Positions 54,137 to 63,090 of a stretch of DNA of 64,000 nucleotides are shown here, in pieces (positions within the stretch are counted from its first letter, which is position 1; each line of letters starts with the position of its first letter). Below the pieces are notes generated by a model. That model ran no database searches, was not told where the DNA came from, and worked only from the letters and a program-made list of their open reading frames with translations. The position numbers were made by a program, and so were the translations under genes. The stretch is from Eubacteriales bacterium (lineage in GTDB: Bacteria; Bacillota; Clostridia; Oscillospirales; CAG-382). Where the stretch lies: positions 1,533 to 65,532 of the forward strand of contig JAZRTY010000013.1 of the NCBI GenBank assembly GCA_045652245.1, in the 5' to 3' direction.

Positions 54137-54166
54137 CGCTTCGGGGGGATTTTTCTCCCCGAAGCG
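54137..54166 (+). promoter_or_regulatory. strong intra-operon stem-loop between the shell block and pduN
   Basis: CGCTTCGGGG...CCCCGAAGCG, a 10-bp GC-rich stem extendable to about 13 bp. A weaker GCTGA/TCAGC hairpin plus T6 lies at 54190-54209. Confidence 0.5.
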
Positions 54167-54262
54167 AGGTTGCGACTTTTGTGAAGGATGCTGAGTCTTC
54201 AGCTTTTTTCACAAGTGCCGTAATTATTTTTAGGGTTGTCCCCGAATGAAAGGAATGATTAT

Positions 54263-54517
54263 ATGATAATCGGTAAGGTTATTGGAAGTGTAGTTTCAAC
54301 AAGAAAGAATGAAAAACTTGTGGGTCAGAAGCTTCTCATAGTAGAGCCACTTGACGGAATGACGCAAAATGGAAATTTTATTGCAATAGATAATGTTGGC
54401 GCAGGCTTTGGGGAAAAGGTGCTCGTAGCTACAGGATCTGCTGCAAGAATTGGTTGTGGTCTTGAAAATGCTCCGGTTGATGCTGCGATTGTAGGAATTA
54501 TCGACGAACAGCAATAA
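54263..54517 (+). CDS. pduN: BMC-P pentameric vertex protein (EutN/PduN/CcmL)
   Basis: 84 aa: MIIGKVIGSVVSTRK...LLIVEPLD...AIDNVGAG...VLVATGSAAR. Confidence 0.9.
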   Translation: MIIGKVIGSVVSTRKNEKLVGQKLLIVEPLDGMTQNGNFIAIDNVGAGFGEKVLVATGSAARIGCGLENAPVDAAIVGIIDEQQ

Positions 54518-54580
54518 TCATCATCTGTGTAATTTTACAAACTTTTTGTGCCATAACAGATGGCGACGAATGGAGATTAT

Positions 54581-55909
54581 ATGGAACTTAATAAACTATC
54601 TGAAATAATGAAAAAAGCCGGGGTTGTAGGTGCCGGTGGTGCCGGCTTCCCCTCATATGCAAAACTTAATATGGCTGCAGATACAATTATACTTAATTGT
54701 GCGGAATGTGAACCACTACTCAAGCTTCACAGACAGGTTATGAAGATATATGCAAGTGAGATAATGGAAACCCTCGAGGAAATCGCTGATACCCTTGAGG
54801 CTTCAAATGTAATCATCGCAATAAAACCTCACTATGAGGAAGCTGTTAGCGCAATTCGTGAAAATCTTAACAAATTCAAGAAAATCAAAATCGGATTTTT
54901 ACCTGAAATTTATCCTGCAGGTGACGAAATAGTTACTATATACGAAACAACAGGCCGAGTTGTAAATCCAGGTTCACTCCCGATTACAGTCGGTTGTATC
55001 GTTTATAATGTTGAAACTATTTACAATGTTTACAGAGCCTGGAAAGAGGATGCTCCTGTTACACATAAGTACATAACAATCGCAGGTGAGGTTAAAGCTC
55101 CCTGTACACTGAAAGCGCCTCTTGGTATTACCTTCGGAGAGCTTATTGCTATGGCAGGTGGTGAGACTTGTAAGGATACGGTAATTATTTCAGGCGGTCC
55201 TATGACGGGTGTTATCGGAAGTAAAAGTGATGTTGTTACAAAAACATCAAATGCTATTCTTGTAATGCCAAGAGAAGCTTTAATCGTACAGAAGAGACTT
55301 ACTCCTCTTTCTATAAACGTAAAACGTGCTATGGCTGCTTGTTGTCAGTGCAGAATGTGTACCGACCTTTGCTCAAGAAATCTTCTCGGACACCCGATTG
55401 AGCCTCATAAGATTATGCAGGCTGCAGCAAGTGGCGTTGCAAGTAACAGTAAAGCCTTTTTGGGTACATTCTCCTGCTCGTCCTGTGGACTTTGTGAGCT
55501 TTATGCCTGTGGACAGAACTTAAGTCCCAGAAGCATTATTGCTGATATTAAGGATGGACTTCGTGCAGGTGGTGTAACACCTCCAAAAGGACTTGTTGCA
55601 GGTAATGTGCCTGAAACAAGAGAATACAGAAAGGTTCCGATGTCAAGACTTATTTCAAGACTCGGACTTAAAAAATATGACCTTGATGCACCTGTTGTTG
55701 ATGTCGATATTACCTCAAAGAGTGTTAGAATAATGCTCTCACAGCATATCGGTGCTCCGGCTACAGCCCTTGTTAAGGTTGGAGATACGGTAAAATGTGG
55801 CGATATGCTCGGAAATGTCGCAGATGATAAGCTTGGTACAGCAGTTCATTCTCCGATGAATGGTAAAGTAGTCGAAGTTTGTGACAAATTTGTTGTAGTC
55901 GAAGCTTGA
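54581..55909 (+). CDS. pduS: PduS/RnfC-like flavo-iron-sulfur oxidoreductase
   Basis: GVVGAGGAGFPSYAKL, SLBB region, and two Fe-S motifs, CCQCRMCTDLC and CSSCGLCELYAC. Confidence 0.85.
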   Translation: MELNKLSEIMKKAGVVGAGGAGFPSYAKLNMAADTIILNCAECEPLLKLHRQVMKIYASEIMETLEEIADTLEASNVIIAIKPHYEEAVSAIRENLNKFKKIKIGFLPEIYPAGDEIVTIYETTGRVVNPGSLPITVGCIVYNVETIYNVYRAWKEDAPVTHKYITIAGEVKAPCTLKAPLGITFGELIAMAGGETCKDTVIISGGPMTGVIGSKSDVVTKTSNAILVMPREALIVQKRLTPLSINVKRAMAACCQCRMCTDLCSRNLLGHPIEPHKIMQAAASGVASNSKAFLGTFSCSSCGLCELYACGQNLSPRSIIADIKDGLRAGGVTPPKGLVAGNVPETREYRKVPMSRLISRLGLKKYDLDAPVVDVDITSKSVRIMLSQHIGAPATALVKVGDTVKCGDMLGNVADDKLGTAVHSPMNGKVVEVCDKFVVVEA

Positions 55910-55927
55910 GGAAAGGATGGGTGAAAA

Positions 55928-56479
55928 ATGTTAAATAAAGCACTTGGTATGGTCGAATATCAGACTGTTTCAGCAGGTATTACTGCTGCTGACCTTATGG
56001 TAAAGACAGCAAGCATCGAAATTCTGCAGTCATCTGTTGTTTGTCCCGGTAAATATATTACAATTTTTAGTGGTGAGCTTTCTGCAGTGTCAGCTGCGCT
56101 TGAAGCTGCAAAGACCCAGCTTGGTGATAAGCTTTCCGATTCATTTGTGCTTGGAAATCCCCATGAGGATATTTTCCCTGCAATTTATGGTGGTGCGCAT
56201 ATTGAAAATGCAAGAGCCCTGGGCGTTCTTGAAACCTTCTCTGCACCTGCAATAATTGTTGCTGCAGATGCAGCAGCAAAAACAAGTGATGTTTCACTTA
56301 TCGAGCTTCGTATAGCACGCGGTATGTGTGGTAAATCATATATGCTGCTTACAGGTGAGGTTGCAGCTGTTTCTGCTGCTATTGAAAACGCAAAAGAAAA
56401 AGTCGGCAAAGACGGACTTCTTCTTGATACTTCAGTTATTCCGAGTCCCGATAAGAGTCTCTGGACTTCTATTTTATAA
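55928..56479 (+). CDS. pduT: BMC-T tandem-domain shell protein, PduT type
   Basis: 183 aa, two BMC repeats. Cys39 in VVCPGKY corresponds to the PduT pore [4Fe-4S] ligand position. Confidence 0.85.
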   Translation: MLNKALGMVEYQTVSAGITAADLMVKTASIEILQSSVVCPGKYITIFSGELSAVSAALEAAKTQLGDKLSDSFVLGNPHEDIFPAIYGGAHIENARALGVLETFSAPAIIVAADAAAKTSDVSLIELRIARGMCGKSYMLLTGEVAAVSAAIENAKEKVGKDGLLLDTSVIPSPDKSLWTSIL

Positions 56480-56481
56480 TT

Positions 56482-57240
56482 ATGTTACCGATTGAAAGAA
56501 GAAATGAGATTCTTCAAAAGCTTATGGTTGACGGCAAGGTAATTGTATCACAGCTTGCTGAAAAGTATGAGGTTACCGAAGAAACCATACGTCGTGACCT
56601 TGAAAAGCTTGAAGATGACGGATATGCTAAAAAAACTTACGGTGGTGCCGTTCGTAACGATAATATGACAAGTGAGCTTCCGTATACTGTAAGAAAGCAG
56701 ACTAATGTCGGGGGAAAGAAATATATCGCCGAGATTATTGCATCTCTTATTGAGGACGGAGACAGCTTGCTTCTCGATTCGAGTACTACAGCCCTTTTTA
56801 CTGTTAAAAGTATTTTCTCGAAGCATAATCTTACTATTATTACAAATTCGGTTGAAATTCTCCTTGACCTGCCGGTTGGCAATGACTGGAATATAATTTC
56901 AACAGGTGGACAGTACCGCAGTGAAGCTATGGCATTCCACGGCAATTCTGCTGCTGATGTTGTAAGAAAATATCATGTTGATTATGCTATTTTGTCCTGT
57001 AAGGGACTTGATATCGAAAAAGGTATTACCGATTCAAGAGAGATTTTTTCTCAATTTAAAAATTGCTTCTTTGAATCAGCTAAAAAGGTAATTCTTGCAG
57101 TAGACAATACAAAGTTTGATAAGATTTCCTTTGTATGTCTTGGTGATATCAATAAAGTAGATGTTGTAGTTACTGATATTGAACCATCTGAAAAATGGAA
57201 AAACTACTTTGAAGAAGAAGGAATAGAACTGTTCTATTGA
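56482..57240 (+). CDS. DeoR family transcriptional regulator
   Basis: 252 aa: N-terminal HTH (RRNEILQKL...VSQLAEKYEVTEETIRRDL) plus a DeoR_C sugar-phosphate-binding-type domain. Confidence 0.88.
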   Translation: MLPIERRNEILQKLMVDGKVIVSQLAEKYEVTEETIRRDLEKLEDDGYAKKTYGGAVRNDNMTSELPYTVRKQTNVGGKKYIAEIIASLIEDGDSLLLDSSTTALFTVKSIFSKHNLTIITNSVEILLDLPVGNDWNIISTGGQYRSEAMAFHGNSAADVVRKYHVDYAILSCKGLDIEKGITDSREIFSQFKNCFFESAKKVILAVDNTKFDKISFVCLGDINKVDVVVTDIEPSEKWKNYFEEEGIELFY

Positions 57241-57264
57241 TACTTCTTTTGTGAAAGGCGTCAG

Positions 57265-58410
57265 ATGAATACTTTTGGAATTAAAACCAAAGTTTGTTTT
57301 GGTGATAATGCTCTTTCTGCACTTTCCGAAATAAAGGCTAAAAATGCTGTAATTCTTACAGATGCCTTTATGAGAGATTCGGGAAATGCAGATATGCTTG
57401 CTTTGCTTTGTGAAAATTGTGACAATGTTTCGATTTTTGCAGAAATAATACCTGATCCTCCGGTCGAGCTTATCGTCAGGGGGCTTGAGTTTTTGCTCTC
57501 AAAGAACGCCGATGTGGTTATTGCTCTTGGTGGTGGTTCTTCAATTGATGCTGCAAAGGCTACAATACTTATGTATGCAAAAAAGACAGGTACACGTATT
57601 CCTCTTGTCGCAGTTCCAACTACAAGTGGAACAGGTAGTGAGGTTACAAAATTTGCAGTGATTACCGATAGGGAAGCAGGAGTCAAGTACCCACTTGCGT
57701 CGGATATGATGCTTCCGGATGTTGCTATTTTATCAAGTGACCTAGTAAAAAGTGTACCTGCGGGAATTACTGCAGATACAGGCTTTGACGTTATTACTCA
57801 TGCCATTGAAGCGTATATATCAACTCAGGCAAGTGATTTTACCGATGCTTTTGCCCAGATGTCGCTTGAACTTTGTTGTCAATATCTCCGTCTTGCTTGC
57901 GAGGATGGAAATGATACAGTTGCAAGAGAGAAGATGCACAACGCCTCGTGTCTTGCCGGAATGGCTTTTAATGACGCAGGTCTCGGTGTAAATCACGGTA
58001 TTGCCCACGCACTTGGTGCAACCTTTCATATTCCACACGGAAGAGCAAATGCTATGCTTCTTTACCATACAATGAAATATAATGCTTCTCTTGACAGCGC
58101 AGAAGCGTATGGAGACATAACTCCTACCTGTGCAAAACTGTCAAAAATTGCAAAGCTTGTAGGTTTACCGTGTGTTTCTGTAAAATCCGGAGCTGCGAAT
58201 CTTATAAATGAAGTTCGTCGTTTGACGATTGCTCTTGGTATTCCGCAAACTCTTGCTGATGTCGGAATTGCAAAAGAGGATTATATGCAATACAGAGAGC
58301 ATATTATAAAAAGCGCTGTTAATGATGCTTGTTCTTTAACAAATCCACGTGAGGTTAACGAAGCAGCTGTTGCTAAAATACTTTCCGGAATCGAGATTTT
58401 CACAAAATAA
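57265..58410 (+). CDS. iron-containing alcohol dehydrogenase (PduQ/FucO/EutG-like)
   Basis: 381 aa: GGGSSIDAAK and the His cluster HAIEAY...HGIAHALG...HG. No terminal encapsulation-type helix. Confidence 0.85.
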   Translation: MNTFGIKTKVCFGDNALSALSEIKAKNAVILTDAFMRDSGNADMLALLCENCDNVSIFAEIIPDPPVELIVRGLEFLLSKNADVVIALGGGSSIDAAKATILMYAKKTGTRIPLVAVPTTSGTGSEVTKFAVITDREAGVKYPLASDMMLPDVAILSSDLVKSVPAGITADTGFDVITHAIEAYISTQASDFTDAFAQMSLELCCQYLRLACEDGNDTVAREKMHNASCLAGMAFNDAGLGVNHGIAHALGATFHIPHGRANAMLLYHTMKYNASLDSAEAYGDITPTCAKLSKIAKLVGLPCVSVKSGAANLINEVRRLTIALGIPQTLADVGIAKEDYMQYREHIIKSAVNDACSLTNPREVNEAAVAKILSGIEIFTK

Positions 58411-58424
58411 AATATAAATTCAAA

Positions 58425-58467
58425 CACTGCAGGGTTTTCAACTTTGCAGTGCTTTTTGTTTTTTTAT
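58425..58467 (+). terminator. terminator closing the BMC operon
   Basis: CACTGCA / TGCAGTG stem followed by CTTTTTGTTTTTTT. Confidence 0.65.
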
Positions 58468-58565
58468 TATGTTAAATATCGAAACAATTTGAACTTGATT
58501 TTTACAAATTATTATGGTAAAATATACCTGAAAAAATATTTGTAGTGTAAATGTAAGGTGTAAAA

Positions 58566-59948
58566 ATGAATAAATCTATAGTAACTGATTTAACGGTTGG
58601 AAATGTTCCGAAGCTTTTGTTAAAGTTTGCTTTTCCACTGTTTTTATCTAATGCCCTTCAGGCAATTTATAATCTTGTGGATATGATTGTCGTAGGTCAA
58701 TATGTAGGTGGGGCCGGAATGGCTGCAGTATCAATCGGTGGCGATATTCTTCATCTTCTGACTTTTATAGCAATGGGCTTTTCTTCTGCAGGACAGGTCT
58801 TAATAGCACAGGACGTAGGCTCGGGAAAGTTTGACAGAGTCCGTAAGACAATCGGAACAATGTTTACTCTTTTGTTCCTTTGTTCGATTGCAGTATCTGT
58901 CGTTTGTTATCTTATTCGTATTCCTATGCTCGGATGGCTTAATACCCCGGATGAGGCATATGAATATACGCTCAGCTATACTGTAACCTGTATTATCGGA
59001 CTCGTTTTCATTTACGGTTACAATATCGTAAGTGCAGTTCTTCGTGGGATGGGTGACAGTCGCAGACCATTTGCTTTTGTAGCTATTGCAGCGCTTGTAA
59101 ACCTTGTACTTGATGTTATCTTTGTAGTATTTTTCGGGATGGAAGTGTTTGGTGCAGCTCTTGCTACAGTTATAGCACAGGGTATAAGCTTTATTATTTC
59201 TATTATTTATCTTTATCGTAAGAAAGAAAGCTTTTTCTTCGATTTTAAACTCAAAAGTTTTGCTATGGAAAAGACGGCACTCAGACGTATTCTCACGCTT
59301 GGAATTCCGATGGCTATTCAGTCTGCCGCTATCAGTCTTTCAAAGATTGTACTTATGGCATGGATTAACGCTTTTGGTGTTGTATATGCGGCTCTTGCAG
59401 GTGTGTTTAATAAGGTTAATACAATGATTGGTATTGTTTCAAACTCCTTTACAACTGCAGGAAGTGCGATGGTCGGTCAAAACCTCGGTGCCGGAAAAGA
59501 CGAGAGAGTACCACAAATTCTGAAGACGGTAAATGTCTGCGGAATGTTAATAGCAATTGTTTTCTCGCTTGTAGTATTTTTATTCCCGGATCAGTTTTTT
59601 GCTATCTTTACCGACGACGTGGAGGTGCTTAAAATTGCAGGAATACTCGTTTATCCGATTATACTTAATTTCTTTGGTGCAGCAACAAGAAGCGTTAGCT
59701 TTTCGCTGATTAACGGCTCGGGCAATACGAAGCTTAATCTTGCAGTTGCAATCATTGACGGAGTAATCAGCAGAGTGGGAATTGCAGCATTACTTGGATT
59801 TGCGTTGCATATGGACTGTCTTGGCTTCTGGTATGGCGACTCGATAGCAGGCTTTATGCCGTTGGTAATCGGTTTTTGCTTCTTTGCGTCAGGAGCCTGG
59901 AAAACGAAAAAGACATACCAAAATAACGAATCAGAGAAAATTCAATAA
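58566..59948 (+). CDS. MATE family efflux transporter
   Basis: 460 aa, 12 TM helices, N-terminal LLKFAxPLxLSNxLQxxYNxVD. Confidence 0.85.
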   Translation: MNKSIVTDLTVGNVPKLLLKFAFPLFLSNALQAIYNLVDMIVVGQYVGGAGMAAVSIGGDILHLLTFIAMGFSSAGQVLIAQDVGSGKFDRVRKTIGTMFTLLFLCSIAVSVVCYLIRIPMLGWLNTPDEAYEYTLSYTVTCIIGLVFIYGYNIVSAVLRGMGDSRRPFAFVAIAALVNLVLDVIFVVFFGMEVFGAALATVIAQGISFIISIIYLYRKKESFFFDFKLKSFAMEKTALRRILTLGIPMAIQSAAISLSKIVLMAWINAFGVVYAALAGVFNKVNTMIGIVSNSFTTAGSAMVGQNLGAGKDERVPQILKTVNVCGMLIAIVFSLVVFLFPDQFFAIFTDDVEVLKIAGILVYPIILNFFGAATRSVSFSLINGSGNTKLNLAVAIIDGVISRVGIAALLGFALHMDCLGFWYGDSIAGFMPLVIGFCFFASGAWKTKKTYQNNESEKIQ

Positions 59949-59962
59949 AAGGAGATCGGAAT

Positions 59963-60901
59963 ATGAAAAAGAGAGTTCTTGTACTCGGCAGTTCAAATAT
60001 TGATTTTGTATCCAATACAGAGCGTGTCCCCGAATCCGGTGAAACCTTTATGACAAACAGAGACTATATGTTTGTTCCCGGTGGAAAGGGTGGAAATACT
60101 GCAGTAGCCCTTGCAAGACTTGGCGCTGATTGCATATTTTGTGCAAGACTCGGTAAGGATAATTATGGAAAAGAACTTCTCGATTTTTACAAGAATGAGG
60201 GGATTGATACAAGACATATTCATCTTACCCCCGACTCTTCTACGGGACTTGCAAATATAATCGTCGATGATGATGCAAAAAACAGAATTATCGTATATCC
60301 GGGAGCAAATATGCTTATTACCGATGAGGACGTTGAAGCAGCCCTTATAACATATCCCGAAGCGCTTGTTTGTCAGTTTGAAATAAACTTCGACAGAATT
60401 TGTCAGGCAACACATTATTGTAACGAAAAGAATATTCCGGTAGTAATAGATGCAGGTCCGGCAAATAAGTTCCTTGACCTTGCAAGTCTTGGCAGACTTG
60501 AGATTTTTTCTCCGAATGAACCTGAAACAGAGATTTTTACAGGAATAAGACCTAATTCCTTTGAGAGCTGTATTTTGGCTTGTATTGCACTTAGAAAAAT
60601 GGTAGATACAAAGTACGTGGTGTTAAAGCTCGGCGATAAGGGCTGTTTTATATACGGCGAAAACCTTTCGAACTTTGTAGAGCCATATAAAGTACACGCA
60701 ATTGATACAACTGCAGCAGGGGATAGCTTTACTGCAGCACTCACGCTTGAATATCTCAGAAACGGCAAGGATATACTGAAAGCTGCAAAATACGCAAATG
60801 CCGTTGGTGGAATGGTAGTATCAAAAAGTGGTGCTTCCTCATCAATTCCCACCGAAAAAGAGGTAGCGAGCTTCATTTCGGAATATGATGAAACTCTTTA
60901 A
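59963..60901 (+). CDS. rbsK: ribokinase (PfkB family)
   Basis: VLGSSNIDF, GGKGGNTAVALARLG and DTTAAGDSF motifs. Confidence 0.85.
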   Translation: MKKRVLVLGSSNIDFVSNTERVPESGETFMTNRDYMFVPGGKGGNTAVALARLGADCIFCARLGKDNYGKELLDFYKNEGIDTRHIHLTPDSSTGLANIIVDDDAKNRIIVYPGANMLITDEDVEAALITYPEALVCQFEINFDRICQATHYCNEKNIPVVIDAGPANKFLDLASLGRLEIFSPNEPETEIFTGIRPNSFESCILACIALRKMVDTKYVVLKLGDKGCFIYGENLSNFVEPYKVHAIDTTAAGDSFTAALTLEYLRNGKDILKAAKYANAVGGMVVSKSGASSSIPTEKEVASFISEYDETL

Positions 60902-61007
60902 TGATTTACTTATGCATAGATAATTAACATTTTAAGATAGATTATCGGCATTGTTTTGTGATAACATTATAATGAAAGTTTATGTAAACCAAAATGGAGG
61001 AACATTT

Positions 61008-61718
61008 ATGGTAAAATATAAGAGAATTTTACTGAAATTGTCCGGCGAGGCGTTAGCGCCGTCAGACAGAGCCGAAGGGATACTTGATTTCGATTTTATA
61101 AAAGAGGTTGCACTTCAGATAAAGGATTGTGTTCTTGCCGGAACCCAGGTTGCAATAGTAATCGGTGGAGGCAATATCTGGCGTGGCAAAAAGGGAGTGC
61201 AGGTAACAAGAAGCAGATCCGACAGTATGGGAATGCTTGCAACTACAATAAACTCTCTGGCATTCAAAACAGGTCTAGATAACGTAGGAGTGCCATGCAA
61301 GGTTATGTCAGCACTTCCTATGGATAAAATAGCAGAGTATTACACAAACGAGAAAGCAATTTCTTATCTTGAAGAAGGTAATGTTGTTATAGTATCTGGT
61401 GGAAGTGGTAACCCGTATTTCTCAACAGATACAGCAGCAATTCTTCGTTGTGCAGAGCTTGAGTGTGAGGCAGCACTCTTTGCAAAGAATATTGACGGTA
61501 TCTATACTGCTGACCCGAAGATAGATAAGAATGCAAAGAAAATCGAAAAGCTTACATATACTGAAATTATCGATAAAAATCTTCAGGCTATCGACCTTTC
61601 AGCGGCAGCTTTCGGCAGGGAAAATGATATCCCTCTTATCTGCTTTGGACTTAAGGAAGAAAACAGTATCCTGAGAGTATGTGCCGGAGAAAAGCTCGGT
61701 ACGGTTATATCAAACTGA
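61008..61718 (+). CDS. pyrH: UMP kinase
   Basis: Start at 61008 (GGAGG upstream). KRILLKLSGEAL and GGGNIWRG. Confidence 0.93.
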   Translation: MVKYKRILLKLSGEALAPSDRAEGILDFDFIKEVALQIKDCVLAGTQVAIVIGGGNIWRGKKGVQVTRSRSDSMGMLATTINSLAFKTGLDNVGVPCKVMSALPMDKIAEYYTNEKAISYLEEGNVVIVSGGSGNPYFSTDTAAILRCAELECEAALFAKNIDGIYTADPKIDKNAKKIEKLTYTEIIDKNLQAIDLSAAAFGRENDIPLICFGLKEENSILRVCAGEKLGTVISN

Positions 61719-61752
61719 TAAATTTTAATAAATATATATTTGGAGGATTATT

Positions 61753-62307
61753 ATGAAACTCGAACTTCGTGAATTTGACGCAAAAATGGCAAAATCCATC
61801 TCTAACTATGAAGCTGAACTCAAGGTAATAAGAGCAGGACAGGCAAACCCTTCTGTTCTTGACAGAATTACCGTTGATTATTACGGAACACAAACCTGTG
61901 TAAACCAGCTTGCAAATATTACTCTGCCTGACCCAAGAACTTTAGTTATTGCCCCCTGGGAGGCAAATCTTCTGAAAGAAATCGAAAAGGCAATTATTGC
62001 TTCTGACCTTGGAATTAACCCTTCAAATGACGGCAAGGTAATTCGTCTTGCATTCCCGGTACCTACCGAGGAAAGAAGAAAAGAACTTGCAAAGAGCGTT
62101 GACAAGTTCGCAGAGGAAGTAAAGGTTGCACTCCGTAATATCAGACGTGATGCTAACGACAAGTGTAAGGAAATGAAGAAGAACGGTGAAATGACCGAGG
62201 ATGAACAGAAGGCTTCGGAAAAGAGTGTTCAGGATCTTACCGATAAGTACACAAAGAAGGCAGACGAAATTGCAGCTGCTAAAAAAGCAGAGATAATGTC
62301 TATCTGA
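61753..62307 (+). CDS. frr: ribosome recycling factor
   Basis: 184 aa: RAGxANPxxLD, IRxxRRDxN. Confidence 0.95.
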   Translation: MKLELREFDAKMAKSISNYEAELKVIRAGQANPSVLDRITVDYYGTQTCVNQLANITLPDPRTLVIAPWEANLLKEIEKAIIASDLGINPSNDGKVIRLAFPVPTEERRKELAKSVDKFAEEVKVALRNIRRDANDKCKEMKKNGEMTEDEQKASEKSVQDLTDKYTKKADEIAAAKKAEIMSI

Positions 62308-62311
62308 TTTT

Positions 62312-63037
62312 ATGGGTATTTTGTCTTTGTTTGGCAAAAAAAAGCGTTCTTTACAGACTGATAAACTACCTTCTCATATAGCATTTATAATGGACGGGAA
62401 CGGCAGATGGGCAAGAAAAAGAGGTCTTGCCCGTACTGCCGGTCATGTAAGAGGGGCGCAAACTTTCAAGGAAATAGTTGAATACTGTTTTACTCTTGGG
62501 ATAAAGAATGTAACAGTATATGCTTTTTCTACCGAAAATTGGCGTCGCCCAAAAGAAGAAATCGATGCCATAATGGGCATTATGAATGAGTATATTGTCG
62601 ATAGACTGAATGTTGTCGACACAAGATACAAAATACGTTTTATCGGCGAGAAAGAACATTTTGAAAACAGCACAATAGAAAAGCTCAACAGTGTTGAAGC
62701 GCTGAATCCAAATGCCGAATACACATTATATGTAGCACTCAGCTATGGCGGCAGAGCAGAAATCTGCAGTGCTGTAAATAGTCTTATTTCTGAAGGAAAA
62801 CGGGAAATTTCCGAGGAAGATATTTCAGCTAAAATATATACAGCACAAAGTCCTGACCCCGATTTGATTGTCAGAACAGGAGGAAATGTTCGTATTTCAA
62901 ACTTCCTCTTATGGCAATGTGCATATTCAGAGCTATGGTTCACCCGTACGCTATGGCCTGATTTTAATAAATCAGAGCTTTTGGAAATTCTTGAGTGTTA
63001 TAAAAATACTGAACGCCGTTTTGGTGGTCTTGTTTAA
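62312..63037 (+). CDS. uppS: isoprenyl transferase (undecaprenyl diphosphate synthase)
   Basis: HIAFIMDGNGRWA, FSTENWxRP, RTGGxxRxSNFLLWQ. Confidence 0.95.
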   Translation: MGILSLFGKKKRSLQTDKLPSHIAFIMDGNGRWARKRGLARTAGHVRGAQTFKEIVEYCFTLGIKNVTVYAFSTENWRRPKEEIDAIMGIMNEYIVDRLNVVDTRYKIRFIGEKEHFENSTIEKLNSVEALNPNAEYTLYVALSYGGRAEICSAVNSLISEGKREISEEDISAKIYTAQSPDPDLIVRTGGNVRISNFLLWQCAYSELWFTRTLWPDFNKSELLEILECYKNTERRFGGLV

Positions 63038-63090
63038 GTTAAAAAACAGGATCTTTACAAAATTGCGTACAGAGAGGAAAGGTTTTTTAT

